Position numbers and translations under genes: made by a program. DNA of 64,000 nucleotides from Dehalococcoidia bacterium (GTDB taxonomy: Bacteria; Chloroflexota; Dehalococcoidia; Plut-88900), in NCBI GenBank assembly GCA_965197585.1, contig OZ240215.1:1152001-1216000 (forward strand). Direction: 5' to 3'. The notes beneath the pieces are model-generated. The model was given only the letters and a program-made list of their open reading frames with translations. It was not told the DNA's origin and did not search any database. The first letter of the stretch is position 1, and the number at the start of each line of letters is the position of its first letter. This document shows positions 39,021-50,256 of this stretch, piece after piece.

Positions 39021-39656
39021 CTATCTCAGCTGTCCGTCCACCGTCTCCGGGCCCTGATCATAGTGTGCGTTGATGAATGATGTTATCGTGGCCTCATTGT
39101 ACTGGAACAGCGGCAGGTAATATTCCCAAGCGGCCAGGGTAATGTCCGCCGGCAACGTAGCACGCGGCGCCACTATGTAACCCTTTGGGTATCCGGGCTG
39201 CGCCATCATGAACTGCCTGAGTTGCTCCACCTCCGCTGGCGGCGCCGAGGGACGGTAGTAAGCAATTATCCCTCCGTGCTCCATGTTGTGAATCAGCACT
39301 TCATCGGGAATGATGTCGCCGTAGAGGCCCCAGCTAATGGGGGCCAGACCCTGCTCGGACCAATGCTGACCCGAGGTGGGCGGGTCGGAGGCGTACCCTG
39401 AGCCCCTGGATCCAACGGGGATGTGCTCGGCCGACGTGGACTTGAAGTAGAATTCGCCAGGGACGGTGGCCCCGGCTACCGCATCCGGTGCAGTTACTTC
39501 ATTCGTTTCATCCGGCTGCTCCGGAGTGTTCGTCAACGCAGGCGCTATCACCGTGATCACAAAGAAAAGCGCCACTCCGGCGATGATGAACCACTGATAT
39601 TTCTGCCAGAAGGATTTGCCGCTGGGCGGCCCGACCGGACCTCTACGTCTTGCCAA
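39021..39656 (-). CDS. DUF3105-like membrane-anchored protein
   Basis: N-terminal TM helix; PPTSGQHW and HNMEHGG motifs. Confidence 0.8.
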   Translation of the reverse strand: MARRRGPVGPPSGKSFWQKYQWFIIAGVALFFVITVIAPALTNTPEQPDETNEVTAPDAVAGATVPGEFYFKSTSAEHIPVGSRGSGYASDPPTSGQHWSEQGLAPISWGLYGDIIPDEVLIHNMEHGGIIAYYRPSAPPAEVEQLRQFMMAQPGYPKGYIVAPRATLPADITLAAWEYYLPLFQYNEATITSFINAHYDQGPETVDGQLR

Positions 39657-39698
39657 ATTAGCCTCTATTCGTTCCTAAGTTCACAATCAAGTATCCCA

Positions 39699-40598
39699 TT
39701 ATAGCTTTTTCCCTGTCAACCGCATGTAAGCCTCTTCGTAGCGCTCTGCGGTCTTGTTTGCCACATCATCAGGGAGGGGAGGAGCGGGGGGTTCCCGGTC
39801 CCAGCCCAGCTCTATCAACCAGTCCCTCACGTACTGCTTGTCGAAGCTCTGCTGCGACCTGCCAACCTCAAAGTCCTCCGCATCCCAGAACCTGCTTGAG
39901 TCCGGTGTCAGCAATTCGTCGATAAGGTGCAGCCGACCGTCTATTATCCCGAACTCCATCTTCGTGTCTGCGATGATAATTCCACGTTCCGCCGCGTAGT
40001 CCCGGGCGAACGCGTACACCGCTATGCTCGTGTCCCGCAGCCTGTCGGCCATCTCGTTGCCTACCATGTCCTGGACCTGCTGGTAAGTCATGTTCTCATC
40101 GTGGCCCGTTTCTGCCTTGGTCGTCGGCGTGAACAGCGGCTCCGGGAACTTCTGCGACTCTAACAGCCCCGCCGGCATCGGCAGTGTCCCTGCTGTACCC
40201 TGTCTCTTGTACTCCGACCACGCAGACCCCGTGATGTGCCCCCTCACTATGCACTCGATGTCGATCCTCTCCGCCTTCTTCACCACCATCGCCCTGTCAG
40301 ATACCTCGGTAGGCACACCCATCGCCTCCACCGCTCCGGCCAGCTCCCCCAACCCCTCCGCATCCCCCGCCATTGCGATATAGTGGTTCGGCACCAGGTG
40401 TCCCATTCGTAGGAACCAGAACGCCGACATCAGGGACAGTATCTTCCCCTTCCCCGGTATCCCGCTCGGCAGCACAACGTCGAACGCCGATATCCGGTCC
40501 GTAGCCACCATCAGCAGCTTGCCTTCTACTTCGTAGGTGTCCCTAACCTTGCCCCGGTACAGGATATTGGGCAGCGCCGAGTCTGTGAGAGTTATCAT
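39699..40598 (-). CDS. purC: SAICAR synthetase
   Basis: GKVRD, TDRISAFD, TPTTKA, ADTKMEFG, DELLTPDSSRFW, DKQYVRDW. Confidence 0.97.
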   Translation of the reverse strand: MITLTDSALPNILYRGKVRDTYEVEGKLLMVATDRISAFDVVLPSGIPGKGKILSLMSAFWFLRMGHLVPNHYIAMAGDAEGLGELAGAVEAMGVPTEVSDRAMVVKKAERIDIECIVRGHITGSAWSEYKRQGTAGTLPMPAGLLESQKFPEPLFTPTTKAETGHDENMTYQQVQDMVGNEMADRLRDTSIAVYAFARDYAAERGIIIADTKMEFGIIDGRLHLIDELLTPDSSRFWDAEDFEVGRSQQSFDKQYVRDWLIELGWDREPPAPPLPDDVANKTAERYEEAYMRLTGKKL

Positions 40599-41911
40599 TT
40601 TGCTTCACCTGTTACGCCGTTATTCAAGCCTAGTCGACGAAATACCTCGTCGACGTGCCGTACATAGAACCCGTACTCAAACAATGATTGCAGTTCCTCT
40701 GCAGGCACACGCTCCGCCACTTCTGCGTCCTCAAGGAGCAGCTTGCGGAAGTCTTTCCCTTCCGTCCAGGCCTCCAAGGAATGCTTCTGCACGACCCTGT
40801 ATGCCTCGTTCCGGTCCAGCCCCGACTCGATAAGCCGGGTCAACACCCTCTGCGAGAACACCAGCCCCCGCGTCGACTCCAGGTTCCTCGTCATATTCTC
40901 GCTATGGACCGTCATCCCTTCGATGACTCCCGTGAACAGGTCGAGACAGTAGTCCAGCGCCAGGCAGGAGTCCGGCAGAATAATCCGCTCCACCGACGAA
41001 TGGCTGATGTCCCTCTCGTTCCAGAGTGCCACATCCTCCAGCGCCGCCACAACGTGCCCGCGCATCACTCGCGCCAGCCCGCATATCCTTTCGCAAATGA
41101 TCGGATTGCGCTTGTGCGGCATCGCCGACGACCCCGTCTGTCCCTTGCCGAACGGCTCCTCGACTTCCAAGATTTCCGTGCGTTGCAGTCCTCTCAGCTC
41201 CGTGGCGAACTTCTCCAACGATGCCCCGACCAAGGCCAGGGTCATGGAGAACTCTGCGTGGATGTCCCGCTGAACTATCTGGCTCGAAATCCGGGCTGGC
41301 GTCAGGCCCAGCCTCCGGCACACCCGCTCCTCTATCTCCGGCGACACCAGGGCATACGTCCCCACTGCCCCCGAGATCTTCCCCACCCCTACCGACCCCT
41401 TCAACCTCTCCAGCCGTTCCCGATTCCGCCTCATCTCGTCGACCCACAGCGCAAGTTTCAACCCGAAGGTGATCGGCTCGGCGTGGACTCCATGCGTCCG
41501 CCCGATCATCACCGTGTCCTTGTGCTCCCGCGCCTTTGATTCAAGCGCCCTGATCAGCCGGTCAGCCTCCCCCAGCAGCAGCCCCACCGCCTCCACCATC
41601 TGCATACTCAGCGCAGTGTCCCACACGTCGGAGGTGGTCAGCCCCAAGTGCAGATACCTCGCCCCGCTCCCGACGCTCGGGTACATGGCCCGCAGGAACG
41701 CGGTCATGTCGTGCTTGGTCTCCTTCATCGCCTCGTCAAATATCGCCAGGTCGTAGGTGGCGCCACGGATTAGCTCCATCTCCGACTCGGGGATGACCCC
41801 CTCTTCCGTCCACGCTTCGCAAACAGCGACCTCTATCTGGAGCCACTTGTCATAACGGGCGTCGTCTTCCCACACCCGAGACATCGCCGGCCTTGAATAC
41901 CGAGGAATCAT
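40595..41911 (-). CDS. purB: Adenylosuccinate lyase
   Basis: MIPRY, GRTHGVHAEP, GSSAMPHKRNP, ERDISHSS. Confidence 0.97.
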   Translation of the reverse strand: MIPRYSRPAMSRVWEDDARYDKWLQIEVAVCEAWTEEGVIPESEMELIRGATYDLAIFDEAMKETKHDMTAFLRAMYPSVGSGARYLHLGLTTSDVWDTALSMQMVEAVGLLLGEADRLIRALESKAREHKDTVMIGRTHGVHAEPITFGLKLALWVDEMRRNRERLERLKGSVGVGKISGAVGTYALVSPEIEERVCRRLGLTPARISSQIVQRDIHAEFSMTLALVGASLEKFATELRGLQRTEILEVEEPFGKGQTGSSAMPHKRNPIICERICGLARVMRGHVVAALEDVALWNERDISHSSVERIILPDSCLALDYCLDLFTGVIEGMTVHSENMTRNLESTRGLVFSQRVLTRLIESGLDRNEAYRVVQKHSLEAWTEGKDFRKLLLEDAEVAERVPAEELQSLFEYGFYVRHVDEVFRRLGLNNGVTGEAK

Positions 41912-42375
41912 TACCGCTGTCCTGAGTTCAGGCGCGCCCGGTGCTCCTCGTGCGCCTTGGCAATATCCGGGTGCTTGAGCCCAAGTATCTGCGCCGCGAA
42001 GAACGCCGCGTTCCTCGCACCCGCCTTCCCTATCGCCACAGTCGCAACCGGAATCCCTCCCGGCATCTGCACAATAGCCAGCAGCGCATCCAGCCCATCA
42101 AGGTCGCTGCCGGGCAGCGGCACCCCGATTATCGGGAGCGTGGTCCAGCTGGCCATCACACCCGGCAGGTGCGCCGCCATTCCGGCACCCGCGATAATCA
42201 CCTCCAGCCCCCTCTCCCTCGCCGTTATCCCGTACTCGCGGGCCTTCTCCGGTGTCCTGTGCGCGGATATGAAGTTCAGCTCGTAGGATATTCCCAGCTT
42301 GTCCAGGATACCCGTCGTCTCTTTTGCGTAAGGCTCATCAGATGGGCTTCCCATCACTATTCCAACTAAAGGCAT
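41911..42375 (-). CDS. purE: N5-CAIR mutase
   Basis: [33 protein letters not shown]. Confidence 0.97.
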   Translation of the reverse strand: MPLVGIVMGSPSDEPYAKETTGILDKLGISYELNFISAHRTPEKAREYGITARERGLEVIIAGAGMAAHLPGVMASWTTLPIIGVPLPGSDLDGLDALLAIVQMPGGIPVATVAIGKAGARNAAFFAAQILGLKHPDIAKAHEEHRARLNSGQR

Positions 42376-42376
42376 G

Positions 42377-43659
42377 TCACTCTCCTGCCGATACGGCCTC
42401 ACCAACGAGGCCAATGTCCTTTCGATATTGCCGCCCCTCGAACCCCACCCTCCCCACGTTGTCATATGCCCGCACCCGAGCCTCCTCCAAACTCCTCCCC
42501 CGACCCACCACGCTCAGTACGCGGCCGCCGGAAGTCTTAAGTTCTTTCGACCCTTCATCATAAAATGTTCCTGCGTGGAAGGCTAGGGTTTCTTCGTCCA
42601 GAGAGTCCAGCCCGGAGATAGCAAACCCTGTCCGGTATTTGCCCGGATACCCCCCCGAGGCCAGCACCACAGCCATCGACGCATCCCCGCTCCACTTCAC
42701 ATCCACCCCCGACAACCGGTCGTGAGCGACCGCATTGACGATTTCCACCAAGTCCGACTCCAGCCTCGGCAACACCCCCTGCGCTTCCGGGTCCCCGAGC
42801 CTGACGTTGAATTCCAGCACCCTCGGCCCGTCCTCAGTCATCATCACCCCGGCGTATAGCACCCCTTTGTAAGGGCACCCCATTGCCGCCATTGCCTTAA
42901 TGACGGGCACCGCCACCGTATCCCTCAACTCCCATGACTGCGCTTCATTCAGGAATTCTGCGGGCTGTAGCAGCCCATGCCGCCGGTATTGGGGCCCTTG
43001 TCCCCGTCCAGTTGTCGTTTGTAGTCGCAGGCCGTCACCGGCGCCGACACCGTATCCGCATCCGCAAATACGAACAGGCTCACCTCCCGACCCCTCAAAC
43101 ACTCCTCAATTACAACCCTGTCACCCGCCTCCCCAAACACCCGGCTCACCATCGCCTCGTCCACTGCCCTGTGCGCTTCCTCAACCGTTTCTGCAACGGT
43201 GACACCCTTGCCCGCAGCCAGACCATCAGCCTTAACAACCACCGCCCCCCCGACTTCCTCTACATAACGATGCGCCTCCCCAGCGGAGGAGAACCCCTGC
43301 CCCTTAGCGCACGCCACCCCAGCCCTCTCCATCACCTCTTTGGCAAATATCTTGGACGCCTCCAGTCGAGCCGCGGCCTTGCTCGGCCCAAACACCGGGA
43401 GTCCCAGCTCTTCGAACCGGTCCACGATCCCCTCAGCCAGAGGAGCCTCAGGCCCGACCACCGCAAGATCAATCCCGTGCTTTTCCACAGCCGACGCCAG
43501 CCCATCAATATCCGTCGCGGAAATGTCCAGATTCCTTGCTGCTTGTCTCGTGCCCCCATTCCCGGGCGCGGCAAACAGCTTTCCGGTTCGATGGCTTTGC
43601 GCTAGCTTCCAAACCAACGCGTGCTCCCGACCTCCGTTCCCAACAACCAGGATGTTCAC
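42377..43659 (-). pseudogene. purD: Phosphoribosylamine-glycine ligase, frameshifted near 42960 (real or sequencing indel)
   Basis: GGREHAL, KADGLAAGKGV and GPNTGGMG in one frame; EFNVRLGDPE and GGRVL in another; adding one base in AGC CCG CA GAA restores the frame. Confidence 0.85.
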
Positions 43660-43692
43660 GATAGTCTCATCCCGGTCAAAACCCCTTCTGGT

Positions 43693-45375
43693 CTACTCCC
43701 ACTCAATGGTCGAAGGCGGCTTGCTGGAAATGTCGTAGACCACCCGGTTCACCCCCGGCACCTCGTTCACGATCCGGCTGGAAATCTGTGCCAGTACGTC
43801 GTACGGCAGCCGAGCCCAGTCCGCCGTCATCGCGTCCTCACTGGTCACCGCCCGGATCGCGACTATGCTCCCATAGGTGCGAAAGTCTCCCATAACACCT
43901 ACCGTATGAAGTGGCGTCAGCACCGCGAAGCTCTGCCACAGCTTGCCGTACAGCCCGCTGGCCTTGATCTCATCCATCACTATCCAGTCAGCGCTCCGAA
44001 GCACCTCCAACCGCTCCCTCGTCACCTCCCCGATTATTCTGATGGCCAACCCGGGGCCCGGGAACGGCTGCCGGTACACCATCTCTTCGGGCATTCCTAG
44101 CTCATCCCCGACTTCCCGCACCTCATCCTTGAACAGCTGCCGCAATGGCTCGACCAGCGACAGCTTCATCACATCCGGGAGTCCTCCCACGTTGTGGTGC
44201 GTCTTGATCGTCACCGATGGTGCATCCGCCGGGGGCAGGCTCTCGATTACGTCGGGGTACAACGTCCCCTGCGCCAGGTAGTTCACTTCGCCCAACTCTC
44301 CCGCCTCCTCCTCGAACACCCGGATGAACTCCTCCCCGATGATGTGCCGCTTCCTCTCCGGGTCGGTAACCCCTTCCAGCCTCTCCAAGAATCTGTCCAC
44401 TGCGTCCACGTATATCAGGTTCAGGTTCAGGTGCCGTTCGAACACCCCCCTCACCCTCTCCGACTCCTCCCTCCTCAGCAGCCCGTTGTCCACGAAGATG
44501 CACGTCAGCTGGTCCCCGATGGCCCTCTGCACCAGCGCCGCCGTCACCGCCGAGTCCACTCCCCCGGACAGCGCGCAGATCACTTTTCCTCCGCCCACCT
44601 GCTCCCGAATCCTGTCGGTGGCCTCGGTTATGAAGCTCGCAGGCGTCCACGTCCCTCTGCAGCCGCAGACCTCGTATAGGAAGTTCTTGAGGATGTCCGC
44701 TCCGTTCGGTGTGTGCGAGACCTCTGGATGAAACTGAAGCCCGATAATCCCCCGCTCGTTCCCCAGCACTGCGACCGGTGCGTTGTCTGTGTACGCCAGG
44801 CTCGAAAATCCGGGCGGCGGCTCAGATATCTCATCCCCGTGGCTCATCCACACCGGCATCTCCAGGGGAAGTCCCTTGAAAATCGGGTGATCGACCACGT
44901 TCTGGCGCAAAACCGCGTGCCCGTACTCCCTCTTCAACCCCGACGACACCTTACCTCCCAACTGATGGGTCAGAGCCTGCATGCCGTAGCAGATCCCCAG
45001 GATCGGGACTCCGCTTTCGTAGATGTAGGCCGGAGCCATAGGCGCCGAGGGCTCATAGACACTCGCTGGCCCGCCGGAAAGAATGAATCCCCTGGGGTTG
45101 AGCTTTGCGACCTGTTCCGGCGGTGCATTGTAGGGGAGAATTTCGCAGTAAACGTGGCACTCGCGCACCCGCCGGGCGATCAGCATGCTGTACTGGGACC
45201 CGAAATCCAGGACGACAACGGACTCCGGTTGGGAGGCGCGTTCCACCTGCGCGTCGGGGTGGGGAGTCTCTGCTTGACCTACCTTACTGCCCGCTATCTC
45301 AAGGTAGGTGGAGACTTCTAGATCGTCGGTGGCCGCAACTCTGCGGCTAAGATTTGTGGCTCCCTCTTCCGCCAA
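43693..45375 (-). CDS. guaA: GMP synthase (glutamine-hydrolysing) with ~50-aa N-terminal extension
   Basis: [41 protein letters not shown]; TTG start behind AGGAGG. Confidence 0.95.
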   Translation of the reverse strand: MAEEGATNLSRRVAATDDLEVSTYLEIAGSKVGQAETPHPDAQVERASQPESVVVLDFGSQYSMLIARRVRECHVYCEILPYNAPPEQVAKLNPRGFILSGGPASVYEPSAPMAPAYIYESGVPILGICYGMQALTHQLGGKVSSGLKREYGHAVLRQNVVDHPIFKGLPLEMPVWMSHGDEISEPPPGFSSLAYTDNAPVAVLGNERGIIGLQFHPEVSHTPNGADILKNFLYEVCGCRGTWTPASFITEATDRIREQVGGGKVICALSGGVDSAVTAALVQRAIGDQLTCIFVDNGLLRREESERVRGVFERHLNLNLIYVDAVDRFLERLEGVTDPERKRHIIGEEFIRVFEEEAGELGEVNYLAQGTLYPDVIESLPPADAPSVTIKTHHNVGGLPDVMKLSLVEPLRQLFKDEVREVGDELGMPEEMVYRQPFPGPGLAIRIIGEVTRERLEVLRSADWIVMDEIKASGLYGKLWQSFAVLTPLHTVGVMGDFRTYGSIVAIRAVTSEDAMTADWARLPYDVLAQISSRIVNEVPGVNRVVYDISSKPPSTIEWE

Positions 45376-45468
45376 GGAACCTCCTGTTGATCTCTGATTC
45401 AGACTAGCACCCGTGCTATACTGAGTCAAGGTAATTTCCGCCGTAATATCCGTCCTCCCGACTGCTCA

Positions 45469-46092
45469 ATGTCAACCTCCGGCGCAACCGACATCGAACA
45501 GGCTATCTCGATTCTTCAAAGCGGCGGCCTCGTCGCTTTCCCCACCGACACCCTTTACGGACTCGGCGCACACCCTTTCATTGAGTCCGCCGTACGCAGG
45601 CTCTACGACGCCAAAGGCAGACCCGACTCCAAACCCGTCCCTCTTCTCCTTTCCTCCGTCGACGACCTATCTCTCGTCTCCGACCAGACCGGGGGTCTCG
45701 CCCGTACCCTCGCCGAGGCCTTTTGGCCCGGTGCCCTCACTCTCGTCGTACGCTGCAGACCCGACATCCCCGGCCTCGTTAATGGCTGGGGCTCGACAGT
45801 CGCCGTGAGAGTCCCCGACCACCCGGTCCCCAGGCAGCTCGCCGCCGCCCTCGGAGCCCCGATAACCGGCACCAGCGCCAACATTGCCGGAGGCCCAAAT
45901 CCCGTCACCGCCCAGGAAGTCGCCGATCAGCTCGACGGCAAAATCGACTTGATAATCGACCGGGGCCCGTGCCTTGGCGCTCAACCCTCCACCATAGTGG
46001 ACGTATCCGGCGATAGTCCTATCATCCTGAGAGAGGGCGTAATCCCCCACACCGCTATCGAAGAGGCGTGCGGCCTTCCCGTAGCGCACTAA
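45469..46092 (+). CDS. tsaC: L-threonylcarbamoyladenylate synthase (YrdC/Sua5)
   Basis: FPTDTLYGL, KGRP..KP, FWPGALT, TSAN, PSTIVD. Confidence 0.93.
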   Translation: MSTSGATDIEQAISILQSGGLVAFPTDTLYGLGAHPFIESAVRRLYDAKGRPDSKPVPLLLSSVDDLSLVSDQTGGLARTLAEAFWPGALTLVVRCRPDIPGLVNGWGSTVAVRVPDHPVPRQLAAALGAPITGTSANIAGGPNPVTAQEVADQLDGKIDLIIDRGPCLGAQPSTIVDVSGDSPIILREGVIPHTAIEEACGLPVAH

Positions 46093-46106
46093 GCCGACCC
46101 CTGAAT

Positions 46107-47297
46107 ATGACCAAGAAAACAGTCAACGAGATCGACGTAAAAGGCAAGCGGGTCCTTGTCAGGGTCGACTTCAACGTCCCTCTTGACCCGGAGACCGGCG
46201 CCATCCTCGACGATAGCCGCATCAGGGCTTCCCTTCCCACCATTCAGCTACTCTTGGACCGGGGCACAAGTTTGGTCATTTGCTCCCACATGGGTCGCCC
46301 TAAGGGCAAAGTGGACGAAAAGCTCAGGCTCGCCCCCGTCGCCCGACGCCTCTCCGACCTCATTGGCCGACCTGTCCAAATGGCAGACGCTGTAATCGGT
46401 GATGGTGTCGCTTCCCAGGCCGAGGCCCTTTCCGCAGGCGACATCCTCTTCCTCGAAAACCTCCGCTTCGACTCCCGTGAGGAAGCCAACAACCCCGAAT
46501 TCGCCGCCTCCCTCGCCAACCTCGCCGATATATTCGTCAACGATGCCTTCGGCGCAGCCCATAGGGCCCATGCCTCTACTGAAGGTGTTGCCCACCACTT
46601 GCCTTCGGTAGCAGGCCTCCTTCTTGACCGTGAACTGAAATATCTCGGCATGGCCTCGGAAAACCCCGCCCGACCCCTCACCGTCCTCTTCGGCGGCGCC
46701 AAGATCAGCGACAAGATCGCCGCAGCCCAGAGACTCATGGAAAAGCTGGACGTCCTCCTTGTCGGTGGCGGGATGTGCGCCACCTTCTTCAAGGCCCGCG
46801 GCCAGGAAATAGGCCGCTCCATCTACGAAGAACAGAGCCTCGACTTCGTGTCGGGCATCATGGCCCGGGGGGAACAGGGGAACGTAACCGTGGCCCTCCC
46901 TATCGACGTCGTAATAGCCAAGGAGTTCAGCCCAAACGCCTCCCCCGAGACCGTCACCGCCGACGCCGTACCCACCGACTCCATGATCTTGGACATCGGC
47001 CCCAGGACCGTTTCCCTATTCAAAGATTACATAACGCGCGCCAAGACCGTCTTCTGGAACGGCCCAATGGGTGTCTACGAGTTCCCCGCCTTCTCCCACG
47101 GCACCCGAGCCATGGCCCAGGCCCTCGCAGAGTCTGACGCCGTTACGGTGGTCGGTGGCGGCTCCACCGCCGACGCCGTCGCCGCTTTCGGCCTGGCCGA
47201 CCGCATGGACCACGTCTCCACCGGCGGCGGCGCATCCCTCGAATTTCTCGGCGGCAGCACCCTCCCCGGTGTCGCCGCCCTAATGGACGCTACATGA
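46107..47297 (+). CDS. pgk: Phosphoglycerate kinase
   Basis: RVDFNVP, SHMGRP, NDAFGAAHRAHAS, WNGPMG, STGGGASLE. Confidence 0.98.
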   Translation: MTKKTVNEIDVKGKRVLVRVDFNVPLDPETGAILDDSRIRASLPTIQLLLDRGTSLVICSHMGRPKGKVDEKLRLAPVARRLSDLIGRPVQMADAVIGDGVASQAEALSAGDILFLENLRFDSREEANNPEFAASLANLADIFVNDAFGAAHRAHASTEGVAHHLPSVAGLLLDRELKYLGMASENPARPLTVLFGGAKISDKIAAAQRLMEKLDVLLVGGGMCATFFKARGQEIGRSIYEEQSLDFVSGIMARGEQGNVTVALPIDVVIAKEFSPNASPETVTADAVPTDSMILDIGPRTVSLFKDYITRAKTVFWNGPMGVYEFPAFSHGTRAMAQALAESDAVTVVGGGSTADAVAAFGLADRMDHVSTGGGASLEFLGGSTLPGVAALMDAT

Positions 47298-48505
47298 ACA
47301 AAAACCACCAGCTCATTTCTCAAGTCTCCCGGTCCACCGACTCCAAGATCGTCTTTTTGGTCATCGACGGCCTCGGCGGCCTCCCCCACCCCGACACCGG
47401 CAAAGCCGAGCTTGAGACTGCTTCAACCCCTAACCTTGATCGTCTCGCCTCCCTCTCCATGTGCGGGCTCACCGTACCCGTGGCCCCCGGAATCATCCCC
47501 GGCAGCGGCCCCGGCCACCTGGCTCTTTTCGGCTACGACCCGGTAGCGAACCTTATCAAGCGCGGGGTCCTTGAAGCAGCCGGTATTGGTATAGACCTCA
47601 CCCCCGACGACCTAGCCGTTCGCGGCAACTTCTGCACCGTCAACACCGAGGGCGTAATCACCGACCGCCGAGCCGGACGCCTAGCCTCCAGCGAGTCCCG
47701 TGAGCTCTGCCGTCTCCTCAATAACATTGAGGTGGAAGGCGCTCAGGTTGACGTTCATCCCGTCGAGTCCCACCGCTTCGTCATCGTCTTCCGTGGCCCG
47801 GGTCTCAGTGAAGACCTTGCCGACACCGATGAACAGGTCAACGGCGTCGTTCCCCCTCCCGTCCGCCCCACCCACCCCGGAGACCAGCCCACCGCCGACA
47901 TCGTCAATGCCGCCGTCGAGAAAATCAAGGATATCCTGAAAGACGCTGGAAGCCCCGCCAACATGCTCACCCTCCGGGGCTTCTCCAAGCTCCCGGACAT
48001 GCCTTCCATGTCTAAGGTTTATAAGCTCAACCCCCTTGGAATCGCCACCTATCCCATGTACCGTGGCCTCGCCCGGCTTGTAGGCATGAAAGTTATGGCC
48101 AAGGGCCCGAGGTTCACCAATGTCGTCGACGAAATGATCGCCAACTACGACGACCACGACTTCTTCTTCATCCACTACAAGGGCGCCGACACCGCTGGCG
48201 AAGACGGCAACTTCGATGCCAAGGTTCGTGCCCTGGAGGAAGTCGACGCCCCTCTAAAACAAATCATCGACCTCCGCCCTGACGTTTTCGTCATCGCCGG
48301 AGACCACTCGACTCCCGCCATCTGGGCAAACCACAGCTGGCATCCCGTCCCCTTCATGATGTGGAGCCGCTGGTCCCGCCCCGACACTGTGACCCAGTTC
48401 AGCGAACGCGCCTGCGCCCAAGGCGTCCTCGGCGAATTCGCCGCCACAGACGTCATGTCCTTGGCCCTGGCCCACGCCGGCAAACTAATCAAATTCGGCG
48501 CCTAA
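47294..48505 (+). CDS. apgM: 2,3-bisphosphoglycerate-independent phosphoglycerate mutase (archaeal/ApgM type)
   Basis: DGLGG, PGSGPGHLALFGYDP, DRRAGR, GDHSTP, HSWHPVP. Confidence 0.93.
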   Translation: MNKNHQLISQVSRSTDSKIVFLVIDGLGGLPHPDTGKAELETASTPNLDRLASLSMCGLTVPVAPGIIPGSGPGHLALFGYDPVANLIKRGVLEAAGIGIDLTPDDLAVRGNFCTVNTEGVITDRRAGRLASSESRELCRLLNNIEVEGAQVDVHPVESHRFVIVFRGPGLSEDLADTDEQVNGVVPPPVRPTHPGDQPTADIVNAAVEKIKDILKDAGSPANMLTLRGFSKLPDMPSMSKVYKLNPLGIATYPMYRGLARLVGMKVMAKGPRFTNVVDEMIANYDDHDFFFIHYKGADTAGEDGNFDAKVRALEEVDAPLKQIIDLRPDVFVIAGDHSTPAIWANHSWHPVPFMMWSRWSRPDTVTQFSERACAQGVLGEFAATDVMSLALAHAGKLIKFGA

Positions 48506-48524
48506 CCAAAAGAGAGAGGCTTCA

Positions 48525-49295
48525 ATGCCCAACACCCGACTCCCCCTAATCGCCGGCAACTGGAAAATGAACACCACCGTCGCCGAAGCCCTAGCCCTAG
48601 CCAAGGCCCTCGCCTCGAACCTGAACGGCGCACCCGGCGTAGAAGTCCTCCTCTGCCCACCCTTCATATCCCTCACGATAGTCGGCAGCGAGATATCCGG
48701 CACGACCCTCAAGCTCGGCGCCCAAAACCTCCACCCCGAGCCCAAAGGCGCATTCACCGGCGAAGTCTCCCCGACCATGCTCACGGGTCTCTGCGACTAC
48801 GTCATCGTCGGCCACTCGGAGCGGCGTGCCCTCTTCGGAGAGGACGACGATTTCGTAAACCGCAAGCTCCATGCAGCCTTGGCACATGACATAACTCCCA
48901 TCCTCTGCGTCGGCGAGACCCTCGCCCAGCGCGAGGCCAACACCACCGAAGAAGTCCTCACCCGACAGGTCATTGGCGGCCTCAAAGACGTGCCCCACGA
49001 CTCCAACTTAGTCGTCGCCTACGAACCTGTCTGGGCCATCGGCACCGGCAAAGCCGCCTCCGCCTCCGACGCCAAACAGGCCATCGCCCTTATTCGCCGA
49101 ACCATCGGCCAACAGCTTGGCAGCCAGGTCGCTGAAAGGACCCGCATCCTATACGGCGGCAGCGTCAAGTCCTCCAACATCCGCGACTTCATAACGTCCG
49201 ATGACATCGACGGAGCCCTCGTCGGAGGCGCGAGCCTCGACCCCGACGACTTCTCCGGTATCGTGTCGGCATCCTCCCAGGCCCGGCCGGACTGA
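48525..49295 (+). CDS. tpiA: Triosephosphate isomerase
   Basis: AGNWKMN, GHSERR, AYEPVWAIGTG, LYGGSV, LVGGASL. Confidence 0.98.
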   Translation: MPNTRLPLIAGNWKMNTTVAEALALAKALASNLNGAPGVEVLLCPPFISLTIVGSEISGTTLKLGAQNLHPEPKGAFTGEVSPTMLTGLCDYVIVGHSERRALFGEDDDFVNRKLHAALAHDITPILCVGETLAQREANTTEEVLTRQVIGGLKDVPHDSNLVVAYEPVWAIGTGKAASASDAKQAIALIRRTIGQQLGSQVAERTRILYGGSVKSSNIRDFITSDDIDGALVGGASLDPDDFSGIVSASSQARPD

Positions 49296-49297
49296 TC

Positions 49298-50224
49298 TTG
49301 GCCGGACTGGTCGCCATCGTCGGGCCCACCGCCACGGGCAAGAGCGCCCTCGCTCTGAATCTCGCCGAGAACCTCGGCGGCGAGATAATCAACGCCGACA
49401 GCCGACAGGTCTACCGGTACATGGATGTCGGCACCGCCAAACCCCCACCCCAGGACTTCGCCCGCGTCCCCCATCATCTCTACGACCTCGTGGACCCCGA
49501 CGAATCCTTCAACCTTGCCCTTTATCTTGAGCAGGCCAACCTCTCCGTGGACGACATCTATTCCAGGAGCCGAGTCCCCATCCTTGTCGGCGGCAGCGGC
49601 CTCTACGTCTGGGGGTTCCTGGAAGGCATGTCTATCCCCCACGTTCTCCCCAACCCCGACCTCCGAGCCCGCCTTGAAAAAGAAGCCGCCACCCTTGGCC
49701 CTCAAGTCCTCCACGACCGCCTCAACACCGTAGACCCCGACGCTGCCGCCTCCATCGACCCCCGCAACATCCGTCGAGTAATCCGCGCCCTCGAAGTCTT
49801 CGAAGTCTCCGGTGTGCCATTCTCCAAGCAGGTCCAGAAAAAAGGCCTCGACTACCCAGTCCTGATCATCGGCCTCAACGCCCCCCGAGACACCCTTCAC
49901 CCCCGCACCGACACACGCGTCGACTCCATGATCGAAGCCGGCTTCGTGGAAGAAGTCAGCGACCTGCTGGGCCGGGGCTATGGTCTGGGCTTGCCATCCA
50001 TGTCGGGAGTGGGTTATAAACAGCTCGGCTCGTACCTGAACTGCGAATGCACCCTCGAAGCCGCAGTCGAGAAGACCAAGACCGAGACCCATCGGCTAAT
50101 TCGCCATCAGTCCGCCTGGTTCAAGCCCGGAGACCCTAGAATAGACTGGTATGATATAAGCAAAGACTTCACCGGCCCCGTAACCGAACGGGTGTCAGAA
50201 TTCGTATCTGAGACGCAAATATAA
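49298..50224 (+). CDS. miaA: tRNA dimethylallyltransferase
   Basis: GPTATGKS, DSRQVY, GTAKP, VGGSGLY, RVIRALEV. Confidence 0.97.
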   Translation: MAGLVAIVGPTATGKSALALNLAENLGGEIINADSRQVYRYMDVGTAKPPPQDFARVPHHLYDLVDPDESFNLALYLEQANLSVDDIYSRSRVPILVGGSGLYVWGFLEGMSIPHVLPNPDLRARLEKEAATLGPQVLHDRLNTVDPDAAASIDPRNIRRVIRALEVFEVSGVPFSKQVQKKGLDYPVLIIGLNAPRDTLHPRTDTRVDSMIEAGFVEEVSDLLGRGYGLGLPSMSGVGYKQLGSYLNCECTLEAAVEKTKTETHRLIRHQSAWFKPGDPRIDWYDISKDFTGPVTERVSEFVSETQI

Positions 50225-50256
50225 GACCTGACTGAATAACCGGAGACCACCGCCCC

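Noticed and set aside
39021-39656. DUF3105 protein as a new purine enzyme
   Set aside because: Membrane-anchored and probably extracytoplasmic; position in the operon is the only link.
42949-42965. Programmed frameshift or Sec read-through in purD (first ORF ends in TGA)
   Set aside because: The continuation is in a different frame, so read-through would not help; no slippery site; PurD is not known to be recoded.
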